A stretch of DNA of 64,000 nucleotides, taken from contig CAVZRV010000008.1 in assembly GCA_963777605.1 (NCBI GenBank), positions 288,001-352,000 on the forward strand, read 5' to 3'. Of the stretch, positions 21,281 to 31,027 are shown piece after piece (the stretch's first letter is position 1; the number at the start of each line of letters is the position of its first letter). Position numbers and translations under genes: made by a program. Under the pieces are notes generated by a model. That model was not told the origin of the DNA, ran no database searches, and saw only the letters and a list, made by a program, of their open reading frames with translations. Source of the DNA: an uncultured Acidobacteriota bacterium (GTDB lineage Bacteria; Acidobacteriota; UBA6911; RPQK01; JAPXNP01).

Positions 21281-22792
21281 ATGGCTCGAGTCTTAGATCA
21301 GTTCGTATGCATTCACGGCCACTTCTATCAGCCGCCTCGGGAGAATCCCTGGACCGGAAAGATCGATCGCCAGCCCACTGCCGAGCCGTTCCATGACTGG
21401 AACGAACGGGTTTGTGCCGAATGCTACGAGCCCAATACCCGGTCCGTCATTCTCGGCCCCAATGGTAAAGCCGAACAGGTTGTCAACAACTACGCCCACA
21501 TGAGTTTTAACTTCGGGCCGACGCTGTTGAGGTGGCTTCAGGAGGGATCGCCGGATACCTACAAAAAGATCCTCCGTGCCGACCGACTCAGCAGGAAACG
21601 TTTCGGTGGTCATGGTGCAGCGATCGCCCAGGCCTATCACCACAGCATCCTTCCCCTTGCCAATCGGCGGGACAAGGTGACCGAGGTGCATTGGGGAATT
21701 CGGGACTTCGAAGCCCGGTTCCGGCGCAAGCCTGAAGGAATGTGGCTTCCGGAAACCGCGGCCAACCTGGAGACGCTTGAAATCCTGGCAGACGAGGGGT
21801 TCAGCTTCACGATTCTGAGCCCTTACCAGGCTGCCCGAGTTCGCAAACCCGGAAGTACCTCCTGGGTCGAAATAGCGAGAGGAACGGTGGACTCTCGCCG
21901 CCCTTACCTGGTGCAGTTGCCGTCCGGAAAGAGCCTCTTCGTCTTCTTCTACAACGGCGAAATTGCTCGTGGGGTGGCCTTCCAGGGCCTGCTCTCCAAC
22001 GGTGCGGGCTTCGCGAGTCGCTTCGGCGAATCCCTGGACGAGACCTACTCTCCCCAGTTGGCCCACATTGCCACCGACGGCGAGAGCTACGGACACCATC
22101 ACAAGTTCGGGGACATGGCTCTGGCCTACGCGCTTCGGGCCATCGAAGCCAGTCCCTCCCTCTCGTTGACGGTCTACGGCGAGTTCCTGGAGAAGGTGCC
22201 GAACCCCTGGCAGGCGGAGATTCTCGAAAATTCATCGTGGAGTTGCGCCCATGGTGTTGAACGCTGGCGAAGCGATTGCGGCTGCCAGACCGGGGCTCCG
22301 GAGGGCTGGAATCAGAAGTGGAGAACACCCTTGCGGGAAGGGCTCAACTCGCTCAGGGATGCGGCCGCGGCCCTTTTTGAGTTGGAGGGAAGAAAATGGC
22401 TCAAGGATCCTTGGGCAGCTCGGGACGACTACATCGAGGTCCTGCTCAGCTCGTCCGCTGCTGTCCGGCGGCGTTTTCTCTCGAAGTGGGCAAGAAAGTC
22501 AAGGCTCACGGCGGATGAGAAGATGCAGATTTTCGGCCTGCTCGAGAGCCAGCGCTATGCGCTGATGATGTTCACCAGCTGCGGGTGGTTTTTCAACGAC
22601 ATCTCGGGGATTGAGACGATCCAGATTCTGAGTTACGCGGCGCGGCTGATCGAGCTCTGTCGCGAACTCTTCGACATCGACCTGGAGCCGGGATTCCTGG
22701 AGCGTCTAGACGAGGCCAAGAGCAACGACCCGGACCAGGGCACGGGCCGGAAAATATACCAACATCTGCGATCTACGATTTGCAATTCCTGA
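21281..22792 (+). CDS. GH57-family glycoside hydrolase (DUF3536-type)
   Basis: CIHGHFYQPPRENPW, SFNFGPTLL, GMWLPET, ATDGESYGHH, SWSCAHG and MFTSCGWFF motifs. Confidence 0.9.
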   Translation: MARVLDQFVCIHGHFYQPPRENPWTGKIDRQPTAEPFHDWNERVCAECYEPNTRSVILGPNGKAEQVVNNYAHMSFNFGPTLLRWLQEGSPDTYKKILRADRLSRKRFGGHGAAIAQAYHHSILPLANRRDKVTEVHWGIRDFEARFRRKPEGMWLPETAANLETLEILADEGFSFTILSPYQAARVRKPGSTSWVEIARGTVDSRRPYLVQLPSGKSLFVFFYNGEIARGVAFQGLLSNGAGFASRFGESLDETYSPQLAHIATDGESYGHHHKFGDMALAYALRAIEASPSLSLTVYGEFLEKVPNPWQAEILENSSWSCAHGVERWRSDCGCQTGAPEGWNQKWRTPLREGLNSLRDAAAALFELEGRKWLKDPWAARDDYIEVLLSSSAAVRRRFLSKWARKSRLTADEKMQIFGLLESQRYALMMFTSCGWFFNDISGIETIQILSYAARLIELCRELFDIDLEPGFLERLDEAKSNDPDQGTGRKIYQHLRSTICNS

Positions 22793-22882
22793 TTTGGCCG
22801 CAAAAGTGAAAAGCGAAAATCGTAAATCGAAAATGTCTTCGGATTGCATTTAGGGTGCCCGCGAGACTAGACTTTCGCGAGT

Positions 22883-24274
22883 ATGCAAGTTCAGAAATTC
22901 CTTCTTCCTGAGTCCGAGATTCCACGCCAGTGGTATAACCTGGCGCCAGATTTGCCAACCCCGATGCTGCCTCCGCTTGGCCCTGACGGCCAGCCGGTTT
23001 CTCCCGAGATGCTGGCCCCGATCTTTCCTATGGGCCTGATCGAGCAGGAAGTCAGCACCCAGCGCTGGATCGACATTCCAGAGGAGGTCCTGGAGATCCT
23101 CTGCCGCTGGCGCCCGAGTCCCCTGCGACGCGCTATCCATCTGGAGCGATTTCTCCAGACGCCGGCGCGGATCTACTACAAGGACGAAAGCGTCAGCCCG
23201 GCGGGCAGTCACAAGCCCAACACGGCGGTTCCTCAGGCTTGGTACAACAAGCAGGAAGGGATCGAGAAGCTGACCACCGAGACCGGTGCCGGCCAGTGGG
23301 GCAGCGCGCTGGCGTTTGCGTGCCGCCTGATCGGCCTGGACTGCAAGGTCTACATGGTTCGAATCAGCTTTGACCAGAAACCGTTCCGCCGGATCATGAT
23401 GGAGACCTGGGGTGCCCGTTGCATCCCGAGTCCGAGCCAGGAAACGTCCGCCGGTCGGGCCATTCTGGAGAAGATTCCAGACACGCCGGGCAGCCTCGGC
23501 ATCGCGATCAGCGAGGCAATCGAGGAGGCGGTCAGTGATTCCACCAAGAAGACGCGCTACTCGCTCGGCAGCGTTCTAAACCACGTCCTGATGCACCAGA
23601 CGATCATCGGCCTGGAGGCGAAGAAACAGCTGGCACTGGCCAATGAAACGAAACCGGACGTCGTGATCGGGTGTGCGGGCGGCGGGAGCAATTTTGCCGG
23701 CCTGGCATTCCCCTTCGTCTACGACAAGATCCACGGGGCCCAGATCGACATTATCCCGACCGAGCCGACGGCATGTCCGACGATGACCCGGGGACCGTTC
23801 TCCTACGACTTCGGAGATGTCGCAGAGACGACGCCGCTGATGCCGATGCACTCGCTGGGTCATGCCTTTGTGCCGCCTCCGATTCACGCGGGCGGGCTTC
23901 GCTATCACGGGATCGCGCCGCTGATCAGCCAGACGATCGTCGAAGGCCTGATTTCGCCGCGGGCGTACGATCAGCTCAAGTGCTACCAGTCGGCAGTCAC
24001 CTGGGCTCGGACCGAGGGTACAATCTGTGCTCCCGAGACCAGTCACGCTCTTGCCTGCGTTATCGACGAAGCCATCAAGGCAAAGGAAGAGGCCAAAGAG
24101 AAAGTCATCCTGGCCTGCTTCAGTGGCCACGGTCTCATGGACCTCGCCGGATACGAGAAGTACTTTGCCGGTGAGCTCACCGACTACTCGCTGCCGCAGG
24201 AAGAGCTGGACGCCTTTACGGAGGTGTTGGAGCATCATCCGAGTGCCGCGGTTCGTCGCTCCGGCCGCTGGTAG
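22883..24274 (+). CDS. trpB2: TrpB-like PLP-dependent enzyme (TrpB2)
   Basis: [14 protein letters not shown] (PLP lysine), [17 protein letters not shown] and [10 protein letters not shown] motifs. Confidence 0.9.
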   Translation: MQVQKFLLPESEIPRQWYNLAPDLPTPMLPPLGPDGQPVSPEMLAPIFPMGLIEQEVSTQRWIDIPEEVLEILCRWRPSPLRRAIHLERFLQTPARIYYKDESVSPAGSHKPNTAVPQAWYNKQEGIEKLTTETGAGQWGSALAFACRLIGLDCKVYMVRISFDQKPFRRIMMETWGARCIPSPSQETSAGRAILEKIPDTPGSLGIAISEAIEEAVSDSTKKTRYSLGSVLNHVLMHQTIIGLEAKKQLALANETKPDVVIGCAGGGSNFAGLAFPFVYDKIHGAQIDIIPTEPTACPTMTRGPFSYDFGDVAETTPLMPMHSLGHAFVPPPIHAGGLRYHGIAPLISQTIVEGLISPRAYDQLKCYQSAVTWARTEGTICAPETSHALACVIDEAIKAKEEAKEKVILACFSGHGLMDLAGYEKYFAGELTDYSLPQEELDAFTEVLEHHPSAAVRRSGRW

Positions 24275-24348
24275 AACGCCCCTTGCAGTGGTTCCGGAGA
24301 AACCGGTTTTGTGCCGGTTTCTCCGGAAAAACCCCGAAAGCAGGTGAG

Positions 24349-25854
24349 ATGTTCCGAATCTGTCCGCTGCTTCTGTTTCTGCTGGCGGGGTGTGCTGGTC
24401 CGAGTCCGGAGCAGGCGCGGTCTGTGCGCAACGTCCTCTTCATAATGGGGGACGACCACTCGGCCGAGGCCCTGGGTTGCTACGAAAACCCGATCGCTCG
24501 GACCCCGAACCTGGATCGGCTCGCCTTCGAAGGCGTTCGCTTTGACCGTGCCTATGCAAATGCGCCGGTCTGTACTCCCTCTCGACAGTCGATCATCACC
24601 GGAAAACTTCCCCATGCCGTCGGTGTAACCCTGCTCGCCACTCCGCTTTCCGAGTCGGAAACCACCATCGGCGACTACCTGGGTTCACTCGGGTTTGCTA
24701 CTGGGGCGATCGGCAAGATGCACTTCAACAGTGACCTGAAGCATGGCTTCGATTACCGGGTGGACACCGCCGAACACAGGGCCTTCCTCAAGGAACATCC
24801 ACCGCGCCCAATTTCCCCCGACCTGCCGGTGCGTCCTCCCTGGAAACCGTTTCAGGATCCGGCTCGAATCTGGCTGAATGCCGAGGGACTCCCCGGCGGC
24901 CTGTACGACGCCGATTCCGAAGGCACGTTCTTCACGAACAAGGCGATCCAATTCCTGGAAGACCACCGCCGCCAGCGTTTCTGCCTCTGGCTCAGCTACC
25001 ACGAGCCCCACTCTCCGTTCAATTTTCCGGTCGAGTTTGCTGGGCGCTTTGATCCCGCGGAGATGCCGCTTCCGGCCGTCGGACCCGATGACGATCGGTG
25101 GGTCCCCAGGGTTTTTCGGGACTTGACCGAAGAGGAAAGACGGGGGATTGTGGCGTCCTACTACACCTCGGTGGAATACCTCGACCGCAACGTGGGGCGC
25201 GTTCTCGACGCTCTTGACCAATTGGACCTGTCCGATGAGACGCTGGTGATCTACGTGGGAGATCAGGGGTACCTGTTGGGTCACCACGGACGATTCGAGA
25301 AACACACCATGTGGGAACCTGCTGTCCGGGCTCCACTGTTGATGAAAGCCCCCGGTCTTGCGGCCCGGTGGGAGCCGGCCCTCGTCGAGTTCATCGACCT
25401 GTTTCCCACGATCCTCGATTACCTCGATGTTGAACAGCTGGCCGGCTTGCAGGGCAAGAGCCTGAAGCCGTTGCTCGACGAAACGGTCGAAAGCCACCGT
25501 GACTCCGTTTTCAGCGAGTTCCTGGCCGACAACACTGCCATGATCCGGACCGCCGAATGGAAGTATATCTTCGCCACCGGGCAGGCCGATCTTGCCATGG
25601 GGTACGAAACCGGCTTTCCACCACCGGGCCCGATTCACCGGCTCTATGACGTCCGCAGTGACCGGGAGGAGTTTCACAATCTGGCCTCCGAGCCGGCAAT
25701 GGCTGACGATGTAGAACGTCTTCAGGGCCTGATGCTGGATCGGTTCAAAAAAACCGACCCGAGAGCTTCCCTGCTGCCTGACGGCCTCTCGGTCGTGGAA
25801 CAGCTCAGCTGGTTCTGCCAACCCCCGGAATCGACATCTACGATTTCTGATTGA
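24349..25854 (+). CDS. Sulfatase (S1 family), probable lipoprotein
   Basis: LAGC lipobox; NVLFIMGDD, CTPSR (CxPxR), GKMH and PHSPF motifs. Confidence 0.9.
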   Translation: MFRICPLLLFLLAGCAGPSPEQARSVRNVLFIMGDDHSAEALGCYENPIARTPNLDRLAFEGVRFDRAYANAPVCTPSRQSIITGKLPHAVGVTLLATPLSESETTIGDYLGSLGFATGAIGKMHFNSDLKHGFDYRVDTAEHRAFLKEHPPRPISPDLPVRPPWKPFQDPARIWLNAEGLPGGLYDADSEGTFFTNKAIQFLEDHRRQRFCLWLSYHEPHSPFNFPVEFAGRFDPAEMPLPAVGPDDDRWVPRVFRDLTEEERRGIVASYYTSVEYLDRNVGRVLDALDQLDLSDETLVIYVGDQGYLLGHHGRFEKHTMWEPAVRAPLLMKAPGLAARWEPALVEFIDLFPTILDYLDVEQLAGLQGKSLKPLLDETVESHRDSVFSEFLADNTAMIRTAEWKYIFATGQADLAMGYETGFPPPGPIHRLYDVRSDREEFHNLASEPAMADDVERLQGLMLDRFKKTDPRASLLPDGLSVVEQLSWFCQPPESTSTISD

Positions 25855-25984
25855 GGATTTTGGATTTTCTCGACGAATCTCAAATCACAGTTCACCCATC
25901 GAAAATGTCTATAGGATTGATGTTGAGCATAAAAATAGATTGTTATGATTTACTTCTTGCATTAAATGACGTATCCTGTCCGCG

Positions 25985-26758
25985 ATGAAGTCATCGCTGG
26001 CTGAAATTGCGGATCGACGGGAGCGACTGGCGACGTTGCTGCGCAAGGAGGGATACTTGTCGGTCAACGCCCTTTCATCCCGCTTTGGGATTTCCGAGGC
26101 GACCGTCCGCCGCGACCTGAGCGCGCTGGAAAAGGAAAACCGGATCACTCGCACTTACGGCGGAGCACTGTCGGAGTTCGACGCCCTTTTCGTTCCCTTT
26201 TACCAGCGGAACACGCAGAACCGGGACGCCAAGACCCGCATTGCCCGGGCCGTCCTGCCTCTGCTCGAGGACAAACAGACTCTCTTTCTGGACGCTGGCT
26301 CAACGGTCTTCGCAGTCGCGGAAGCTGTCGCATCGAGCCGGTTCGATGTAACGGTCGTTACCAACAGCCTCCCCGTTGCGGAAACGCTGGCGGCAGCCAA
26401 TTCTCTGAACGCTCACCTCCTTGGGGGTTGCCTGCTTCCCCATCAACTGGTTGTTGTCGGTCCAGGCACCAGCCTCAGCCTGACGGCCTGGCAATTCGAC
26501 CTGGCCCTCCTCAGCGCTGAAGGGGTCAGTGCCCAGGGACTCTGGAACTCCGAAAGCGAGATCACCGATTTTCAGCGACACGTCTGTGGCCGTAGTTCCT
26601 CGACGGTCTTCTGTGTCGATTCCAGCAAGATCGGTCGATTGGCCGCCAGTTTTCTGTTGCCTTGGAGCCAGGTGGAGAGGGTGGTCTCGGATGCTACCGG
26701 GGAACAGGTGGCCGACCTGGGTGACGATGCTTCAAACGTAAAGTGGATTGCGGCGTGA
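25985..26758 (+). CDS. DeoR/GlpR-family transcriptional regulator
   Basis: SEATVRRDL...RTYGGA HTH, FLDAGST, VVTNS and DSSKIG motifs. Confidence 0.92.
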   Translation: MKSSLAEIADRRERLATLLRKEGYLSVNALSSRFGISEATVRRDLSALEKENRITRTYGGALSEFDALFVPFYQRNTQNRDAKTRIARAVLPLLEDKQTLFLDAGSTVFAVAEAVASSRFDVTVVTNSLPVAETLAAANSLNAHLLGGCLLPHQLVVVGPGTSLSLTAWQFDLALLSAEGVSAQGLWNSESEITDFQRHVCGRSSSTVFCVDSSKIGRLAASFLLPWSQVERVVSDATGEQVADLGDDASNVKWIAA

Positions 26759-26785
26759 GCCGCTTTATTGAATCGGAGTGGAGAC

Positions 26786-27112
26786 ATGGAACTGGCGAGA
26801 GTTGACGGCTCGGTTGTCGCGACCATGAAGGTCGAGCGACTGGTGGGTCACAAGTTGCTCCTGGTAACCCTCGTCCGCGCCGACATGACGGCGACCGACA
26901 CGCACGTGGTGGCGATTGACACGGTCGGATCGGGAGTCGGGGAAATCGTGCTGGTGGTTCGAGGCAGTTCGGCGCGACAGACGGACAAAACGTCAACGGT
27001 CCCGACCGATGCCACCATCGTGGCGATCGTGGATGCGGTCGTGTATCACGGGAAAAGTGTCTACGAGAAAACATCGCACGCGGAACCGAGCCATGTTTCT
27101 AGGAAGAATTGA
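26786..27112 (+). CDS. BMC pentamer shell protein (EutN/CcmL)
   Basis: ARVDGSVVATMK...VAIDTVGSGVGE.VL...GSSAR...DATIVAIVD. Confidence 0.92.
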   Translation: MELARVDGSVVATMKVERLVGHKLLLVTLVRADMTATDTHVVAIDTVGSGVGEIVLVVRGSSARQTDKTSTVPTDATIVAIVDAVVYHGKSVYEKTSHAEPSHVSRKN

Positions 27113-27374
27113 CGGAAAGATTTGGGCGACGGCCAAAGATGAACGCCTCAAGGCTGTCCGTTTCTGCCTGATGCAGCAGGTGGACGAACATGAGCAGCCG
27201 GTCGGAGACGTTATGGTCGCGGTCGATTCGATTGGAGTCTCGGAAGGTGACCTGGTCTTTTGGGTCAACAGTACTGAGGCCGGTTTTGTCCGGCCGGACC
27301 GGGGGCTTCCGACCGAAGTCAGTATCGTCGGGCTGGTAGACCGGGTCGACCTGGATGCCCGGTCCGAGGAGTAA
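27093..27374 (+). CDS. BMC pentamer shell protein (EutN/CcmL)
   Basis: MFLGRIDGKIWATAK...VAVDSIG...SIVGLVD. Confidence 0.88.
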   Translation: MFLGRIDGKIWATAKDERLKAVRFCLMQQVDEHEQPVGDVMVAVDSIGVSEGDLVFWVNSTEAGFVRPDRGLPTEVSIVGLVDRVDLDARSEE

Positions 27375-27380
27375 GCGGTC

Positions 27381-27650
27381 ATGTTTCTCGGTCGAGTCGT
27401 CGGAAGCATCGTCTCCAGCGCCAAGCACCCCAGCTACGCAAGGCAGAAGCTGATGATCGTTCGCCTGACCACTCCTGAGGGCGAACTCACCCGCCGGATG
27501 ATGGTGGCCGTGGACGCCGTCGGATCGGGCTCGGGGGACTGGGTCCTGATCTCCTCCGACGGACAGGGTGTGGCCGACATCCTCGGCTCCGACACTCTGC
27601 TTCCCATCCGGGAGATCATCGTTGGAATTGTGGATCGCGTGAACGTATGA
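27381..27650 (+). CDS. BMC pentamer shell protein (EutN/CcmL)
   Basis: MFLGRVVGSIVSSAK...AVDAVGSGSGDWVL...IIVGIVD. Confidence 0.9.
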   Translation: MFLGRVVGSIVSSAKHPSYARQKLMIVRLTTPEGELTRRMMVAVDAVGSGSGDWVLISSDGQGVADILGSDTLLPIREIIVGIVDRVNV

Positions 27651-28414
27651 CACGAAAAGAGATGCAAGCACTGGTGGAAGCAGTAACCCGAGAGGTTCTC
27701 GCTGCCCTTGCGAAGGAGTCCTCCGGACCCGCTAGCGGTTCGGCGTGCGCGTGCAAAGGCGGCTGCGGATGTTCGAACGATTCGTCGTCCGGGGTGATAT
27801 CGACGCCTTCCGGGGAAGACTCGTCAGATCGGGTGCGGTTTGATGGCCGACTGCTGACTGAGGACACGCTTCGCAGGCTCCCCCTGAACGGACAGGCGGA
27901 AATCGTTCTCGGTCCCGGGGTCATCGTGACGCCGCTGGCCAGGGACCGCGCCGCCTTCGTCGGAGTCAACCTCGTGTCCTCCACCGGGCAACCGGGCCGA
28001 AGGCACTGTCCTCCCCGGCAAACAGAACCTTTCCTGGAGCAGGTCGCCTACTTTACGGCCCGGCCGGTACTGACGGTGGAGCGAATCCTGCGGAGTGAGA
28101 TCGAAGCGGTGGGTGCATCAATCGCTGTCTGCCCGGTCACCGGGAAAGTCGAAGAAGAGCTGGAGGGAGCGCTTTCATGCGCGGCCCGGGTGTCCGAGGG
28201 GTCGATTCAACGTGCTGTCGTACTCGCTGAAGATGTCTACCTGGTACAGCGTCACGCCAACCGACTGCCTGGAGTAAGAGCCCGGGTCTGCTCAGATGCT
28301 CGAAGTGCCCTGGAGAGCCGCCGCTGCGACGATTCCAACGTCCTGCTTTTGAGCGGGCGCCTCCTCGGCCAGACCATGATTCGAAGGATTGTGCAGGCCT
28401 GGTTGAGCGAGTAG
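27647..28414 (+). CDS. BMC-associated protein: encapsulation peptide, central small domain, degenerate RpiB/LacAB-like domain
   Basis: N-terminal ALVEAVTREVLAAL; VIVTPLARD motif; C-terminal ANRLPGVRA...DSNVLLL...IVQAWL resembles RpiB. Confidence 0.65.
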   Translation: MTRKEMQALVEAVTREVLAALAKESSGPASGSACACKGGCGCSNDSSSGVISTPSGEDSSDRVRFDGRLLTEDTLRRLPLNGQAEIVLGPGVIVTPLARDRAAFVGVNLVSSTGQPGRRHCPPRQTEPFLEQVAYFTARPVLTVERILRSEIEAVGASIAVCPVTGKVEEELEGALSCAARVSEGSIQRAVVLAEDVYLVQRHANRLPGVRARVCSDARSALESRRCDDSNVLLLSGRLLGQTMIRRIVQAWLSE

Positions 28415-28427
28415 GAGAACGATCGAA

Positions 28428-29744
28428 ATGAGTCTGAGTGAACAGGTTCGCGAAGCCGGTGTAGTCGGAGCAGGAGGTGCAGGCTTTCCGACGCACGTCA
28501 AGATGGCGGCAAAAGCCGAGTGGTTGCTCGCCAACGGGGCCGAGTGCGAGCCGCTGCTTCACAAGGATCGTGAGTTGATGATTCACTTCGCCCCAGAGGT
28601 GATGAAGGGAATTGATCTGGCCGCAACGTCAACCGGGGCGTCAAAGCGTGCCATCGGAGTGAAGGCCAAGAATCCCGCGGCGATCGAGGCCCTGCGCAAG
28701 GTTAACGATGGCTCCCGCGCCGACCTGGTCGAATTTGGCGACTTCTACCCGTCCGGTGATGAGTACGAGGTCGTCCACACCATCACGGGGCGGCTGATTC
28801 CACCCCAGGGGATCCCTCTCGACGTCGGAGTCGTGGTCAGCAATGTTGAAACGCTCTTCCAGGTTCTCCAGGCTACGCGGGGAAATCCCGTGACCCGGAA
28901 ATTGCTGACGGTCACCGGCTTGGTCCGCGAGCCTGCCACGCTCTGGGTCCCGATCGGGATGTCGTTCCGTGACCTGCTCGCTCTAACCGGCGGTCCCGCT
29001 GTCAGCGAATTTGCCGTTATGGAAAGCGGGCTTCTGATGGGGAAACTGGTGCAGGATCTGGACTCTCCGGTAACGAAGAAGACCGGAGGCCTGATCGTCC
29101 TTCCCCGAAACCACGCCCTGATACGACGGTACGAGACTCCTCCTGCCGCCCAGGCTCGCATCGGTAAGTCCGCCTGTGACCAGTGCAGTTACTGCACCGA
29201 ACTCTGCCCCCGTTACCTGTTGGGATATGACGTTCGCCCGCACGCCGTCATGCGCAGCCTAGGCTTCACGGCATCCGGTTCGGAAATGTGGAACGAGTAC
29301 GCGAAGCTTTGTTGTGGATGTGGCATCTGTACCCTTTACGCCTGCCCGGAGGGCCTGTTCCCTCGCGAAGCCTGTCTCACCGGGATCGCCGATCTGCGGG
29401 GCCAGGGAAAAGGTCGATGGGAAGGATCGCGCGAGGTCAAGGTTCATCCCATGAAGGAGTATCGCAGGGTCCCGATGAAGCTGCTTGTCCAAAAACTGGG
29501 AATCGAGAACTACGAGGCCGAGGCACCTTATAGAGACGCGAACCCGACTCCGGCGGTCGTGCGCATCCCCTTGAAACAGCACGCCGGTGAAGCCGCCCTT
29601 CCAGTTGTTTCGGTCGGTGACCGGGTGACTCCCGGCCAATTGATCGGCGAGATCCCGGACGGCAAGCTGGGGGCCCGCGTCCATGCCAGCATTCCGGGCC
29701 GGGTGACCAGGATCAACGGAATTGTGGAAATCGAAAGGAACTGA
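28428..29744 (+). CDS. pduS: PduS/RnfC-like Fe-S flavoprotein
   Basis: AGVVGAGGAGFPTHVK, NGAECEP, CDQCSYCTELCP, CCGCGICTLYACP and PLKQHAG...HASIPG motifs. Confidence 0.85.
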   Translation: MSLSEQVREAGVVGAGGAGFPTHVKMAAKAEWLLANGAECEPLLHKDRELMIHFAPEVMKGIDLAATSTGASKRAIGVKAKNPAAIEALRKVNDGSRADLVEFGDFYPSGDEYEVVHTITGRLIPPQGIPLDVGVVVSNVETLFQVLQATRGNPVTRKLLTVTGLVREPATLWVPIGMSFRDLLALTGGPAVSEFAVMESGLLMGKLVQDLDSPVTKKTGGLIVLPRNHALIRRYETPPAAQARIGKSACDQCSYCTELCPRYLLGYDVRPHAVMRSLGFTASGSEMWNEYAKLCCGCGICTLYACPEGLFPREACLTGIADLRGQGKGRWEGSREVKVHPMKEYRRVPMKLLVQKLGIENYEAEAPYRDANPTPAVVRIPLKQHAGEAALPVVSVGDRVTPGQLIGEIPDGKLGARVHASIPGRVTRINGIVEIERN

Positions 29745-29750
29745 CCGGAC

Positions 29751-30299
29751 ATGATGAATGCCGTCGGGCTCATCGAACTGAGTAGTATCGCCGCCGGCTT
29801 CGAGGTTGCCGACACCATGTTGAAGGCGGCTGAAGTCGAACTGATCGTGTCTCGGACTATCTGTGCAGGGAAGTTCATGGTCATCATCGGCGGAGAGGTC
29901 GCTTCGGTTCAGGCCGCCGTAGAGGCCGGCGCCGAGGCCTGGGAAGGTGCCGTCATCGACACCATGGTGATCCCCAATGTCCACCCCGCCGTTTTCCCGG
30001 CTATCGCAGGTACAAGGGAGGTCCAGACAAGAGGTGCACTCGGGATCCTGGAGGCCTTCTCAGTGGCTTCGCTGATCGAGGGAGCCGATGAAGCCGTCAA
30101 GTCGGCGGACGTGGAATTGATTGAAATCCGCCTCGCCATGGCACTGGGCGGAAAAGCTTTTGTCACGATGACCGGGGAAGTTTCGGCCGTCCGGGCCGCC
30201 GTCGATGCGGGTGCCGCACGGATCGGGGAGAAGGGGCTGCTCGTGAATATGGCGGTGATCCCGTCTCCTAGTCCGGAACTCTACCGGGAGCATATCTAG
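29751..30299 (+). CDS. pduT: Tandem-domain BMC shell protein (PduT-like)
   Basis: AVGLIELSSIAAG...TICAGK...ADEAVKSA..V...GGKA; follows the pduS-like gene. Confidence 0.85.
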   Translation: MMNAVGLIELSSIAAGFEVADTMLKAAEVELIVSRTICAGKFMVIIGGEVASVQAAVEAGAEAWEGAVIDTMVIPNVHPAVFPAIAGTREVQTRGALGILEAFSVASLIEGADEAVKSADVELIEIRLAMALGGKAFVTMTGEVSAVRAAVDAGAARIGEKGLLVNMAVIPSPSPELYREHI

Positions 30300-30315
30300 A
30301 GATCGAGGAAGAGGA

Positions 30316-31011
30316 ATGAACCGGACGAGCACTTCCTGCAGAGAATGTGGCCTTTGTGAAGTCCCGCGGGCCGAAGACCTGACTGCCCTGGTCGAATCGG
30401 TGGTCCGAGAGGTCATCGACTCGATGGGTGCCGTTCGGAGCCGAACCATTCCGGTCGGCGTCTCCGCCCGCCACATGCACATCACTCAGGAGCATTTCGA
30501 AATTCTTTTTGGCTCGGGCAAGACGCTCACCAAGCTTCGGGACCTGAACCAGCCGGGGGAATTTGCGGCCAATGAGACCGTTATGGTGGTAGGGCCCAAG
30601 CGACGCAGCATGGAGGTCCGCATTCTCGGGCCCACGCGGAAGCGCACCCAGATCGAACTGGCTTATTCGGACGGCATCTACCTGGGCGTGGACTTGCCTC
30701 ACCGCCTGTCCGGGGACATCGCGGGAACGGCGCCGCTCGTCCTGGTCGGTCCCGCCGGCGTGGTTGATCTGGAGGAAGGCGCGATCCGTGCAAAACGGCA
30801 CATCCACATCAATCCTCAAGAAGCACGTCGCCTCGGAGTCAGGAACGGACAGATCGTTTCGGTTCGAACTACGGGCGAAATGAGTGTCACCTTCAACAAC
30901 GTGGTCATTCGAGAGGGTGAAGGCCTCAATCTCGAAATACACCTCGACACCGACGAGGCTAACGCTGCCGGGATACGCTGCGGCGACCCGGTGGAGCTGA
31001 TCGTGGATTGA
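30316..31011 (+). CDS. pduL: Phosphate propanoyltransferase (PduL)
   Basis: GVSARHMH, LNQPGEFA, RILGP, RHIH and HLDTDEANA motifs. Confidence 0.93.
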   Translation: MNRTSTSCRECGLCEVPRAEDLTALVESVVREVIDSMGAVRSRTIPVGVSARHMHITQEHFEILFGSGKTLTKLRDLNQPGEFAANETVMVVGPKRRSMEVRILGPTRKRTQIELAYSDGIYLGVDLPHRLSGDIAGTAPLVLVGPAGVVDLEEGAIRAKRHIHINPQEARRLGVRNGQIVSVRTTGEMSVTFNNVVIREGEGLNLEIHLDTDEANAAGIRCGDPVELIVD

Positions 31012-31027
31012 GGGGGGAGTCGAACCG

